Translations under genes and position numbers: made by a program
Part shown: piece by piece, positions 1-8,271 of the stretch
How the letters are laid out: every line of letters starts with the position of its first letter
Numbering within the stretch: the stretch's first letter is position 1
Source: Candidatus Krumholzibacteriia bacterium
Lineage (GTDB): Bacteria > Krumholzibacteriota > Krumholzibacteriia > WVZY01
Length of the DNA: 15,463 nucleotides
Reading direction: 5' to 3'
NCBI GenBank assembly: GCA_036478295.1
Contig: JAZGDW010000094.1
Coordinates: 1-15,463, forward strand
Notes under the pieces: model-generated
Told to the model about the DNA's origin: nothing
The model's input: the letters and a program-made list of their open reading frames with translations, nothing else
Database searches by the model: none

Positions 1-128
1 GAGCGCAGCCTGCGAGCACGGACGGGCTGGTCGCTGACATGACCCGCGCTGGCCGTGCGTGATCCTCGCTCGTTCCCGCGAATGGCCCGCCTGAGGACAT
101 CTCTCCCGCCCCACCATCGGCAAGCACC

Positions 129-776
129 TTACTTCTTGTCTTTCGATTTGTCAGCTTTTCTGGCCTTGGGGACCTTTTTCTCGGCAGCCTCTTTTGACTT
201 CGTTTGGCTTTCGGCCTTCATTTCCTTTTTCTTTTTTCCCTTGGCCTTGGTGTCCTCCGCCTTGGCTTCCTTGGCCTCTTTGCCTTTCGGCTCGGTCTCT
301 TCGCTCTTGCGCCGGCTCCTGGCGGGTTTAGGCTGGCTGGTGATGGCGGTATCCACCAGTTCCAGGAGAACGGTCTTGGCGTTGTCGCCGGCGCGGTTGC
401 CCAGGCGAAGGATTCGCGTGTAGCCGCCTTCTCGCTCCATGTACAAAGGCGCGATATCGTCGAACAGCTTCTTGAGAACCGCTTGCTTCTTGATGACCCG
501 GCTCGCCTGCCGCCAATGCGCCAGCGCAACGGCCTGCATGCGTCTGGCATCGGCTTCGTTGCCCGCCTCTTTCAGAGACTGGTGCTCCTGGTACGCCGCA
601 TACCCCTTCTTGGCGCGTGTAATGAGGCGTTCCGCAGTGCGGCGCGCCTCCTTGGCCTTGGCATCCGTCGTGGTGATGCGTTCCTTGTCAAAAAGCGACG
701 TGACCATGTTGGCAAGCATGGCCTTTCTGTGGCTGGCCGTGCGCCCGAGTTTTCTATGATCGACTCGATGTCTCAT
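129..776 (-). CDS. rplQ: 50S ribosomal protein L17 (bL17), with internal insertion and long charged C-terminal tail
   Basis: MRHR..RKLGRTASHRKAMLANM, ITTTDAKAKE and GGYTRILRLGNRAGDNA motifs; lies directly after rpoA. Confidence 0.98.
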   Translation of the reverse strand: MRHRVDHRKLGRTASHRKAMLANMVTSLFDKERITTTDAKAKEARRTAERLITRAKKGYAAYQEHQSLKEAGNEADARRMQAVALAHWRQASRVIKKQAVLKKLFDDIAPLYMEREGGYTRILRLGNRAGDNAKTVLLELVDTAITSQPKPARSRRKSEETEPKGKEAKEAKAEDTKAKGKKKKEMKAESQTKSKEAAEKKVPKARKADKSKDKK

Positions 777-788
777 TACATGTCCTTA

Positions 789-1805
789 CTAGCCGGTGGA
801 TTCGGCCGTTTTTTCGGGTTCCGTTTCCTTGTCGCCCCCGAGGATGGCCTCAACGTCCATTCCCAGGTACAGGCTCATCCCGGCCAGGATCTCACCGATC
901 TCCTTCAGGCTCTGCTTGCCGAAGTTGCGGTACTTGAGCATCTCCTGCTCGGTGCGGCCGACGAGGTCACCCAACGTCTTGATGTTCGCACGCCGCAAAC
1001 AGTTACTCGAACGAACCGACAGCTCGAGCTCTTCTACACTGCGGGCGAGTAGCTCACGCAAGCGTTCGACTTCCTCATCGATTTCCTCCTCCTCTTCTTC
1101 CATCGGCTCTTCGTCGAAATGGATGAACAGTAGCATGTGATCTTTGACAATTTTCGCCGCAAAACCAAGTGCGTCGTCGGGAGTAACACTGCCGTCGGTC
1201 GCTATCTCGAGAATCAGCTTGTCGTAGTCTGTCCGCTGGCCAACACGGGTGTCCTCAACGAGGTACGCCACGCGCTTGATCGGTGAGAACTTCGAGTCCA
1301 CTGGTATCAGACCGATATCGAAGCTGTCGAGGTCATGGGCTTCCGCCGGCACGTAGCCGCGGCCGTGCCCGATCAGGATATCCATCTCCACTTTCGTTTT
1401 CTCGCTGCAGCTACAAATGAAGAGATCCTTGTTGACGATCTCTACGTCGGCCGTTTCCTCGAGGTCGGCGGCCGTGATCTCACCCTGCTTCTCGACCTTC
1501 AGCGTCAGAAACCGTGGCTCGTCGCCGTGCATCTTGACGACCAGCTGTTTGAGGTTCAGGATGATGTCTGTTACATCTTCCATAACACCCGGGATATTGG
1601 ACAGCTCATGGAGCACGCCCTGTATGCGAACCGCCGTCACCGCTGCTCCCTGGATAGACGACAGCAGGGTTCTGCGAACGGTGTTACCAATGGTGTGTCC
1701 GAAACCTCTCTCGAGGGGCTCGATGACGAACCGGGCCGACATCGGCGTCGCGGGGTCCGCGTCTTTTTTTATCTCTTTTGGCATTAATAGGTTACGCCAC
1801 TTCAT
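789..1805 (-). CDS. rpoA: DNA-directed RNA polymerase subunit alpha
   Basis: EPLERGFGHTIGN, GRGYVPAE, TRVGQRTDYDKL and alpha-CTD LELSVRSSNCL / RNFGKQSL motifs; SD-like GAGGAGG upstream. Confidence 0.99.
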   Translation of the reverse strand: MKWRNLLMPKEIKKDADPATPMSARFVIEPLERGFGHTIGNTVRRTLLSSIQGAAVTAVRIQGVLHELSNIPGVMEDVTDIILNLKQLVVKMHGDEPRFLTLKVEKQGEITAADLEETADVEIVNKDLFICSCSEKTKVEMDILIGHGRGYVPAEAHDLDSFDIGLIPVDSKFSPIKRVAYLVEDTRVGQRTDYDKLILEIATDGSVTPDDALGFAAKIVKDHMLLFIHFDEEPMEEEEEEIDEEVERLRELLARSVEELELSVRSSNCLRRANIKTLGDLVGRTEQEMLKYRNFGKQSLKEIGEILAGMSLYLGMDVEAILGGDKETEPEKTAESTG

Positions 1806-1843
1806 AAACCACTGCCTCCTCTTTGACCACGCACTGAACTGGA

Positions 1844-2473
1844 TTACTTGGAGTAAAGCTCGACCACCATCTGCTCGTTCATGGGAACCGGGATCGCGTC
1901 TCTGGACGGTATTTCCACAAATTCGCCTTCCATCTTGTTCGGATCAACATCCAGGTACGAAACCATCTGTCGCGTGTCGATGCTTTTCACGCTCTCCTGG
2001 ATGAGAAAAAGCTTCTTGCTCTTTTCTTTTGGCGAAATCCGGTCTCCCGGTTTTACTAAATAGCTGGGGATGTTCACTTTTTTCCCGTTTACTTGAAAAT
2101 GATTATGGCGGATGAACTGGCGCGCCATGGCGCGCGATCCGCAGAAACCCAAACGGTAGACGACGTTGTCCAACCGGCGCTCCAGCAGCCGCAGCAGGTT
2201 CGTACCAGTAATACCTTCCTGCCGCGCTGCTTTTTCGAAGTACCGATGGAACTGCGCTTCCAGCAGGCCATACATCCGCCGGATCTTCTGTTTTTCGCGG
2301 AGCTGTATGTTGTACTTCGACGGCTTGCCTCTGCGGCGGCGGCCATGCTGTCCGGGTGGATAATCGCGTTTCTCTATCGCACACTTGTTAGAAAAGCATC
2401 GATCGCCCTTCAGAAAGAGCTTCTCGCCTTCTCGGCGGCAGAGTTTACATTTTGCAGCCCGATATCTTGCCAT
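1844..2473 (-). CDS. rpsD: 30S ribosomal protein S4 (uS4), Cys-containing (Zn-binding) type
   Basis: [46 protein letters not shown] and C-terminal VELYSK. Confidence 0.99.
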   Translation of the reverse strand: MARYRAAKCKLCRREGEKLFLKGDRCFSNKCAIEKRDYPPGQHGRRRRGKPSKYNIQLREKQKIRRMYGLLEAQFHRYFEKAARQEGITGTNLLRLLERRLDNVVYRLGFCGSRAMARQFIRHNHFQVNGKKVNIPSYLVKPGDRISPKEKSKKLFLIQESVKSIDTRQMVSYLDVDPNKMEGEFVEIPSRDAIPVPMNEQMVVELYSK

Positions 2474-2497
2474 TGAGTTCTCCTGACAGGTGACTAA

Positions 2498-2893
2498 TTA
2501 CACTCTTCGTCTCTTGCGCTGCCGGCAACCGTTGTGGGGGACCGGGGTGACGTCTTTGACCCCTGTGACTTCGAGCCCCGCTGATTTGAGCGAACGGATT
2601 GCCGCTTCCCTTCCGGCGCCGGGTCCCTTTATCCACGCCTCGACTTTTTTCATGCCCATCTCCAGCACCTCCCGCGCGCAGCGATCCGCCGCCTGCTGGG
2701 CGGCGAACGGTGTGCTCTTACGCGATCCCTTGAAGCCCATCGTTCCGGGGCTGGCCCACGAGACGACGTTGCCTTTCTGATCGGTGATGGTGATAAGCGT
2801 ATTATTGAACGTCGACCTAATGTGCACGATGCCGGCGACGTCCAGCTTCTTAATCTTTCTTTTTTTTGTCGCGCGTTTCGGTGCTCTCGCCAA
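2498..2893 (-). CDS. rpsK: 30S ribosomal protein S11 (uS11)
   Basis: [42 protein letters not shown] start with a GGAGGA SD overlapping the rpsM stop codon. Confidence 0.99.
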   Translation of the reverse strand: MARAPKRATKKRKIKKLDVAGIVHIRSTFNNTLITITDQKGNVVSWASPGTMGFKGSRKSTPFAAQQAADRCAREVLEMGMKKVEAWIKGPGAGREAAIRSLKSAGLEVTGVKDVTPVPHNGCRQRKRRRV

Positions 2894-2902
2894 GATATCC
2901 TC

Positions 2903-3277
2903 CTACTTTTTCTTTTTGCCGGCGCCCGGCCTGGCCTTGGGGCCCTTTCGAGTGCGGGCGTTCGTACTGGTCCTCTGGCCGCGGACGGGAAGCCCGCGTT
3001 TGTGGCGCTGCCCACGATAGCAACCGATGTCCATCAGCCGCTTGATATGATAGGTGACTTCCGTTCGAAGTGATCCTTCGACCTTGTAGTCGTTTTCGAT
3101 GACGTTACGAATCTTGATCGATTCGTCCTCGGTCAGGTCCTTCACCCGGCGGCTCGGATCCACGCCTGTCTTTTCGCAAATCGCGTGGGCCGATGTGGGG
3201 CCGATTCCATAAATATAAGTAAGGCTGATCACAAGCCGTTTCTCGTTTGGAATGTCAACACCTGCTATACGTGCCAC
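2903..3277 (-). CDS. rpsM: 30S ribosomal protein S13 (uS13)
   Basis: [39 protein letters not shown] start, AGGAGA SD. Confidence 0.99.
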   Translation of the reverse strand: MARIAGVDIPNEKRLVISLTYIYGIGPTSAHAICEKTGVDPSRRVKDLTEDESIKIRNVIENDYKVEGSLRTEVTYHIKRLMDIGCYRGQRHKRGLPVRGQRTSTNARTRKGPKARPGAGKKKK

Positions 3278-3305
3278 CGAATGTTCTCCTTTTCAAATCG
3301 CGGAA

Positions 3306-3419
3306 TCAGCCCTGGCGCTGCTTATGACGCTTGTTCTTGCATATTATGCGCAGCACGCCCTTGCGCCGAACCAGCTTGCAATGCGTACAAATCTTTTTGA
3401 CGGAACTCCTGACTTTCAT
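3306..3419 (-). CDS. rpmJ: 50S ribosomal protein L36 (bL36), Zn-ribbon type
   Basis: Not in the ORF track; hand translation gives [37 protein letters not shown] (37 aa) with CxxC...CxxxxH. Confidence 0.98.
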   Translation of the reverse strand: MKVRSSVKKICTHCKLVRRKGVLRIICKNKRHKQRQG

Positions 3420-3453
3420 GATTCTCACCGTCCGTTGTCTACTGTTCGCGCGT

Positions 3454-4203
3454 TCAGCGCGTTAGAATCTCCGGTCCATTCTTCGTTATTGCCACCGTAT
3501 CTTCGAAGTGGGCGGACAGCGATTTGTCCGCGGTCACCACCGTCCAGCCGTCGTTCTTCGTGAACACTTCGGCGCCGCCGGCGTTCAGCATTGGCTCGAT
3601 CGCTATGACCAACCCTTCCTCCAACTCCAACCCCTGCGACGGAGGACCGAAGTTCGGGACCTGAGGTTCCTCGTGCATGCTCTGCCCGATCCCGTGGCCC
3701 ACGAGCGTCTTCACCACCGAAAACCCTCTCGGCACCGTGTGGCTCTCAACTGCATGCGATATATCGGACAAGCGATTGCCCGGTTTCGCCTTTTCAATGC
3801 CCTTATCCAGAGCCTCCCGGGTGGTATCGATCAGTTTCAGTGCCTCTTGCGACAACTCACCGACCGCAAAGCTGCGCGCCGCGTCCACATAATATCCGTC
3901 CTTCAGGACTCCAATATCGATGCTGCAGATGTCCCCCTCCACAAGCATCGTGCCGTTGGGCATCCCGTGCACCACTTCCTCGTTCACCGAAATACACGTT
4001 GCCGCCGGATAACCATGAAATCCCTTGAACGCCGGTTTGGCGCCGGCTTTCACAATCATCCGCTCGATCGCCTTGTCGATATCCTTCTTCTTGGCCCCCG
4101 GCTTGACCATCGAGCCCGCTTGCTCCAGGCACGCCTTCAATATTGCCCCGTTCTTCTTCATGATCACGATTTCCGCGGCAGACTTAAGATAAATCATATA
4201 CAT
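3454..4203 (-). CDS. map: Type I methionine aminopeptidase
   Basis: [37 protein letters not shown] and SAHFE motifs carrying the metal ligands; the start may instead be the ATG at 4197. Confidence 0.97.
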   Translation of the reverse strand: MYMIYLKSAAEIVIMKKNGAILKACLEQAGSMVKPGAKKKDIDKAIERMIVKAGAKPAFKGFHGYPAATCISVNEEVVHGMPNGTMLVEGDICSIDIGVLKDGYYVDAARSFAVGELSQEALKLIDTTREALDKGIEKAKPGNRLSDISHAVESHTVPRGFSVVKTLVGHGIGQSMHEEPQVPNFGPPSQGLELEEGLVIAIEPMLNAGGAEVFTKNDGWTVVTADKSLSAHFEDTVAITKNGPEILTR

Positions 4204-4753
4204 CGACCAGCCCGGCGATATCTTCGGTTACCTCTTCGATAGGTTTCGATCCATCGACCCGGTGCACATCGTACCTCTGTTCGTAGAAATCGAGCAGCGG
4301 CTCGATCTCCCGGTCGTACACTTCAAGACGTTTGCGAACAGTCTCCGGCGTGTCATCGGCGCGGTCGCGATTCGTCAGGCGTGGCACCAGGACGTCCGCG
4401 GCGACCTGGAGCAAAATAACCGCTTCAACGGCTTCCCGGTTGCGGCTAAGGACGTCTTCCAACGCCTCCGCCTGGTCGGCCGTCCGGGGGTAGCCGTCGA
4501 GTATCCATCCACCCAGCCGTGTCGTCTCCTCGTCGGTCAGGACTTCGCTGACCACCTTGAGAACCGCCTCGTCGGGGACCAGCTTCCCTTTTTTCATAAC
4601 GCCCGCGACCTGCTTGCCGAGCAGTGTCCCGCTGGCGACCTCCGCCCGGAGAAGGTTCCCGGAGGAAATGTGCCGCAAATTGAATCGTTCCGCCAGTCGG
4701 ACCGCCTGGGTCCCTTTGCCGGACCCTGGCGCGCCCAGGATCACAAGATTCAC
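4184..4753 (-). CDS. adk: Adenylate kinase, short-LID type
   Basis: P-loop GAPGSGKGTQ, GKLVPDE, ILDGYPRT..QAEAL, RADD; canonical position after secY; GTG start abutting the secY stop. Confidence 0.95.
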   Translation of the reverse strand: MNLVILGAPGSGKGTQAVRLAERFNLRHISSGNLLRAEVASGTLLGKQVAGVMKKGKLVPDEAVLKVVSEVLTDEETTRLGGWILDGYPRTADQAEALEDVLSRNREAVEAVILLQVAADVLVPRLTNRDRADDTPETVRKRLEVYDREIEPLLDFYEQRYDVHRVDGSKPIEEVTEDIAGLVDVYDLS

Positions 4754-6064
4754 CTATCTGCGCCCCCTCAAACGACCGTGTTTGGTAAAGCCCTCGTAGT
4801 GCCTCATCAGCAGGTGCGATTCCAGCTGCCGTAGCGTGTCTAGCATGACACCGACAACGATCAAGAGGCCCGTCCCCCCGAAATAGAAGGGCACGTCGGC
4901 CTTGGTGATCAGAATGTCGGGCAGCACGGCGATGGCCGCGAGAAACATCGCCCCGGGCAGCGTAATCCGGGTCAGCACGCGGTCGATGAATTCCGCCGTC
5001 CGCTTGCCGGGCCGGATCCCGGGAATAAACCCGCCAGACTTCTTCATGTTTTCCGCCACATCCACCGGGTTCATCACGATCGCCGTATAGAAATACGCGA
5101 AAAAGATAATAATGACCGAATACAAAACCAAATAGACGATGTGTCCCGGCGTCAGGACCAGAGCGATCGCCTGCATGAACGTCAGGTTCTGGAAGAACGC
5201 AGCGATCGTCCCCGGAAACATGATGATCGACTGGGCGAAAATAATCGGAATCACGCCCGCGATGTTGACGCTCAACGGGATGTGGCTCGCCTGTCCGCCG
5301 TAAATCTTTCTTCCCACTACCCGTTTGGCGTACTGCACCGGTATTCGTCGCTGTCCCTGCGTCACAAAAATAATCCCCGCCACCACCGCCACCATTACCG
5401 CGAGCAGGATCAAGCCCTTGAAAGGCGACATCTGCCCGATAGAGAGCGCCCGGTATGTGTTCAACGCATCGGTCGGGTATCGTGCGATGATCCCGATGGT
5501 GATAATCAGCGAAATACCGTTGCCTATTCCCCGTTCGCTAATCTGCTCGCCAAGCCACATGACGAATACGGTACCCGCGGTTAGCGTCAGTATCGTCATC
5601 AGACGGAATCCCATCCCCGGCTCGAGCACCGCCGGATTTCCGCCGGGTCCGCGCATGCTCTCGAGAAAAATCGAGATTCCGATCCCCTGGATTACCGCCA
5701 GGATAACGGTGCCGTAGCGCGTGTACTGCGTAATCTTCTTGCGGCCTTCTTCACCCTCCTTGGCCAGTTTCTCGAAATACGGGATAACGGCCTGGAAGAG
5801 CTGAAGGATAATCGACGCGCTGATATAAGGCATGATGCCCAGCGCAAAGATTGTCGCTTTCTCGAGATTCCCTCCCGCAAAGAGGTCGTAGAGCCCGAGT
5901 ATCGTGCCCTGCTTGCCGGTGAAGAACTCTGCCAGCACCGACGCGTCAACACCGGGAACGGTGATGTGACCGCCCACACGGTACACAACGAGCAGCGCCA
6001 GGGTAAAAAGCACCTTGCGCTTCAGCTCCGGTATGTTGAAAATCTCTTGAAGCTTCGAAATCAT
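4754..6064 (-). CDS. secY: Preprotein translocase subunit SecY
   Basis: IFALGIMPYISASII, WLGEQISERGIGNGISL, GGFIPGIRPG and FGGTGLLIVVGV motifs; multiple hydrophobic segments. Confidence 0.99.
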   Translation of the reverse strand: MISKLQEIFNIPELKRKVLFTLALLVVYRVGGHITVPGVDASVLAEFFTGKQGTILGLYDLFAGGNLEKATIFALGIMPYISASIILQLFQAVIPYFEKLAKEGEEGRKKITQYTRYGTVILAVIQGIGISIFLESMRGPGGNPAVLEPGMGFRLMTILTLTAGTVFVMWLGEQISERGIGNGISLIITIGIIARYPTDALNTYRALSIGQMSPFKGLILLAVMVAVVAGIIFVTQGQRRIPVQYAKRVVGRKIYGGQASHIPLSVNIAGVIPIIFAQSIIMFPGTIAAFFQNLTFMQAIALVLTPGHIVYLVLYSVIIIFFAYFYTAIVMNPVDVAENMKKSGGFIPGIRPGKRTAEFIDRVLTRITLPGAMFLAAIAVLPDILITKADVPFYFGGTGLLIVVGVMLDTLRQLESHLLMRHYEGFTKHGRLRGRR

Positions 6065-6069
6065 TTGTC

Positions 6070-6093
6070 AAAGAACAAAGCGACCGGCTTTGC
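6070..6093 (-). terminator. Possible weak intrinsic terminator/attenuator-like hairpin between rplO and secY
   Basis: The minus strand reads GCAAAGC-CGGTC-GCTTTGT-TCTTT: a 7-bp stem (one G-U), 5-nt loop and short U-rich tail. Confidence 0.3.
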
Positions 6094-6094
6094 A

Positions 6095-6541
6095 CTAGCC
6101 CTTGATCAACTCGACCTGGCCGCCGGCTTTCTCCACCCTTTCCCTCGCCGATTTGGTGCAAGCATGTACAGAGATCTTCAGCGGGCGATCGATCTGCCCG
6201 TCGCCCAAAAGCTTGATCTTCACGCGCTCCTTCTTGACCAACCCCACCTCCACCAGCCCCTTGGGATCGACCTCAGCGTCGGCCGAAAAGCGGGTGAGAT
6301 CCTTTATGTTCACAACCTGGTAGACCTTCTTGAACAAATTGTGAAAACCCCGCTTCGGTATCCGTCTCTGCAGCGGCATCTGCCCGCCTTCGAACCACGG
6401 GTGACTCTTGCGCCCAGACCGCGACTTCTGCCCCTTGTGACCGCGGCAACAGGTCTTGCCGTGACCCGACCCGGGCCCGCAGCCGATGCGCTTTCTCTTT
6501 TTCTTGGCCCCTTCGGGCGCGCTCAAGTCTCCGAGCTTCAT
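6095..6541 (-). CDS. rplO: 50S ribosomal protein L15 (uL15)
   Basis: GSGHGKT..RGHKGQKSRSG and FEGGQMPLQRRIPKRGF; ATGA overlap with the rpmD stop. Confidence 0.99.
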   Translation of the reverse strand: MKLGDLSAPEGAKKKRKRIGCGPGSGHGKTCCRGHKGQKSRSGRKSHPWFEGGQMPLQRRIPKRGFHNLFKKVYQVVNIKDLTRFSADAEVDPKGLVEVGLVKKERVKIKLLGDGQIDRPLKISVHACTKSARERVEKAGGQVELIKG

Positions 6542-6735
6542 TTCTTGCCCGCCTTTGCTTCCTCCACCCGCACGAGATGCCGCACCTGGTGCAGCATACC
6601 TCGCAGTTGGGGCGTGTCTTCTTTCAGCAGGGTTTCCTGGTTGTGATGAAACCCGATCGCCCTCATCGTCCGTTTATGCTTCGGTTGACTCCCGATCAGG
6701 CTCTTCACTTGCTTTATTCTGAGCTTCTTTGTCAT
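6538..6735 (-). CDS. rpmD: 50S ribosomal protein L30 (uL30)
   Basis: [11 protein letters not shown]...[16 protein letters not shown]; position between rpsE and rplO. Confidence 0.96.
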   Translation of the reverse strand: MTKKLRIKQVKSLIGSQPKHKRTMRAIGFHHNQETLLKEDTPQLRGMLHQVRHLVRVEEAKAGKK

Positions 6736-7306
6736 TGTGCTTGCCTTCTGATTCGTCTAACCCGAACAGTTTGTTGATACTGATTCCTCTCCGCTTCGCG
6801 ACGTCCTTGGCGCTTTCCAGTTGTTTCAAACCTGCCATCGTTGCCTTGACGATGTTGTGCGGGTTGTTGGATCCCAGCGATTTGGCCAGAATATCGCGGA
6901 TGCCTGCGGATTCCATGATGGCACGTACGGGCCCGCCGGCGATGACGCCCGTACCCGGCGAGGCGGGTTTCAGATGTACGGCCCCCGCACCGTACTTGCC
7001 GCGCACGGTAAACGGTATAGTGCTTCCGATCAGCGGGATGCGCACCATGGACCGTTTTGCGACCTCGGTCGCTTTTCGAATCGCATCTGCAATCTCTTTG
7101 GCCTTGCCCAACCCCACACCCACGCGTCCCATGCCGTCGCCTACCGCCACAATGGCGTTGAAACTGAACCGGCGTCCACCCTTGACCACTTTCGCCACAC
7201 GGTTGATGTGGATAGTCTGTTCCAGAAACTCGGGGCCTTCCTTGCCCTTTCCACTGAAAGTGGCGTCACGCCCTCTTTCTCTTCGTCCTCTCGGTGCCTG
7301 CGCCAT
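6674..7306 (-). CDS. rpsE: 30S ribosomal protein S5 (uS5), with N- and C-terminal extensions
   Basis: [45 protein letters not shown]; the 3' end overlaps rpmD by 62 nt. Confidence 0.98.
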   Translation of the reverse strand: MAQAPRGRRERGRDATFSGKGKEGPEFLEQTIHINRVAKVVKGGRRFSFNAIVAVGDGMGRVGVGLGKAKEIADAIRKATEVAKRSMVRIPLIGSTIPFTVRGKYGAGAVHLKPASPGTGVIAGGPVRAIMESAGIRDILAKSLGSNNPHNIVKATMAGLKQLESAKDVAKRRGISINKLFGLDESEGKHNDKEAQNKASEEPDRESTEA

Positions 7307-7317
7307 AAGCTCCTCTT

Positions 7318-7686
7318 TTAAAACTCCAAACCGTTTTTGCGCGCCGCATCAGCCAGTGCAGCCACGCGCCCGTGGTAGAGAAAACCGCCCCTGTCGAAGC
7401 GCACCTTCTTGATGCCCTTCGCCTTGGCCACCTCGGCGATACCTTTGCCGACCTCGCGCGCGATCGCCGTCTTGCGCCCTTCCTCCTTGTCCGCCTTTAC
7501 CGTGCCGATCTTCAGGCTCGAGAAGGCACCGAGGGTTCGGGCATCCAGATCGTTTATCAACTGCGCATATACGTGCTTGGCACTCCTGAACACGCAAAGC
7601 CGGGGACACTCGGCATTACCCGACACTTTCTTGCGGACGCGGCGATGCCTCCTCCTTCTCTGCGCTGCCTTGGTATGTGTTGCCAT
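7318..7686 (-). CDS. rplR: 50S ribosomal protein L18 (uL18)
   Basis: [38 protein letters not shown]. Confidence 0.99.
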   Translation of the reverse strand: MATHTKAAQRRRRHRRVRKKVSGNAECPRLCVFRSAKHVYAQLINDLDARTLGAFSSLKIGTVKADKEEGRKTAIAREVGKGIAEVAKAKGIKKVRFDRGGFLYHGRVAALADAARKNGLEF

Positions 7687-7728
7687 TATTGTTACCTCTT
7701 GGTCATCCCGCGGCCGCGGCGGCTTGTC

Positions 7729-8271
7729 CTACGCACTGGCTGCTGCTTTTCCCGCCTTGCGCCGGACGAATTCGCCGACGTACCGGATACCCTTGCCTTT
7801 GTACGGCTCCGGTGGACGAATCTTGCGAATATCCGCCGCCAACTGCCCCACCTGCTCCTTGTTCGCACCGGAGATTTTTATTCTTGTCGCCGTGGGCGTC
7901 TCTATCTTGATGCCTTCGGGCGTCGCTATCTTCACCGGGTGCGAGAAACCGGCGATCAAGACCAGTTCTCCACCCTTCAACTCCGCCTTGTAGCCCACAC
8001 CGATGATCTCCAGTTCCTTTGAGAACCCCTCGGTCACTCCGGTCACCATATTGGCGATGAGCGTGCGTGAGAGACCGTGCATCGAACGGGATGTCTTGTC
8101 GTCGGCTTCGCGGGTCACGGTCAGGATGCTTCCATCCAGCTTGTAGCTGCACAGCGACGGCAACTCCCGAGCAAGGGTCCCATTGGGACCTTTCACGGTC
8201 ACGTGGCAGCCGTCCACCGTCACCGTTACCGCACTCGGAATCTCAATCGGTTGCAGTCCAACCCTCGACAT
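7729..8271 (-). CDS. rplF: 50S ribosomal protein L6 (uL6)
   Basis: [35 protein letters not shown] overlap with the rpsH stop. Confidence 0.99.
   Translation of the reverse strand: MSRVGLQPIEIPSAVTVTVDGCHVTVKGPNGTLARELPSLCSYKLDGSILTVTREADDKTSRSMHGLSRTLIANMVTGVTEGFSKELEIIGVGYKAELKGGELVLIAGFSHPVKIATPEGIKIETPTATRIKISGANKEQVGQLAADIRKIRPPEPYKGKGIRYVGEFVRRKAGKAAASA

Noticed and set aside
16..58. Imperfect inverted repeat (GCACGG...CCGTGC) downstream of rplQ
   Set aside because: The stem is short and interrupted with no U-tract, so it is not supportable as a terminator.
55..423. Hydrophobic, membrane-protein-like 122-aa plus-strand ORF (FLSFDLSAFLALG...)
   Set aside because: Its Phe/Leu/Ser richness is simply the reverse complement of the Lys/Glu codons of the L17 tail.
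1061..1120. Purine-rich repeat encoding EEPMEEEEEEIDEEVE in RpoA
   Set aside because: It is the normal acidic, variable linker between the alpha NTD and CTD.
7708..7719. 12-bp perfect palindrome CCGCGGCCGCGG (contains a NotI site) in the rplF-rplR spacer
   Set aside because: It is all-GC in a GC-rich genome and single-copy, with no other evidence for an operator or a cloning scar.
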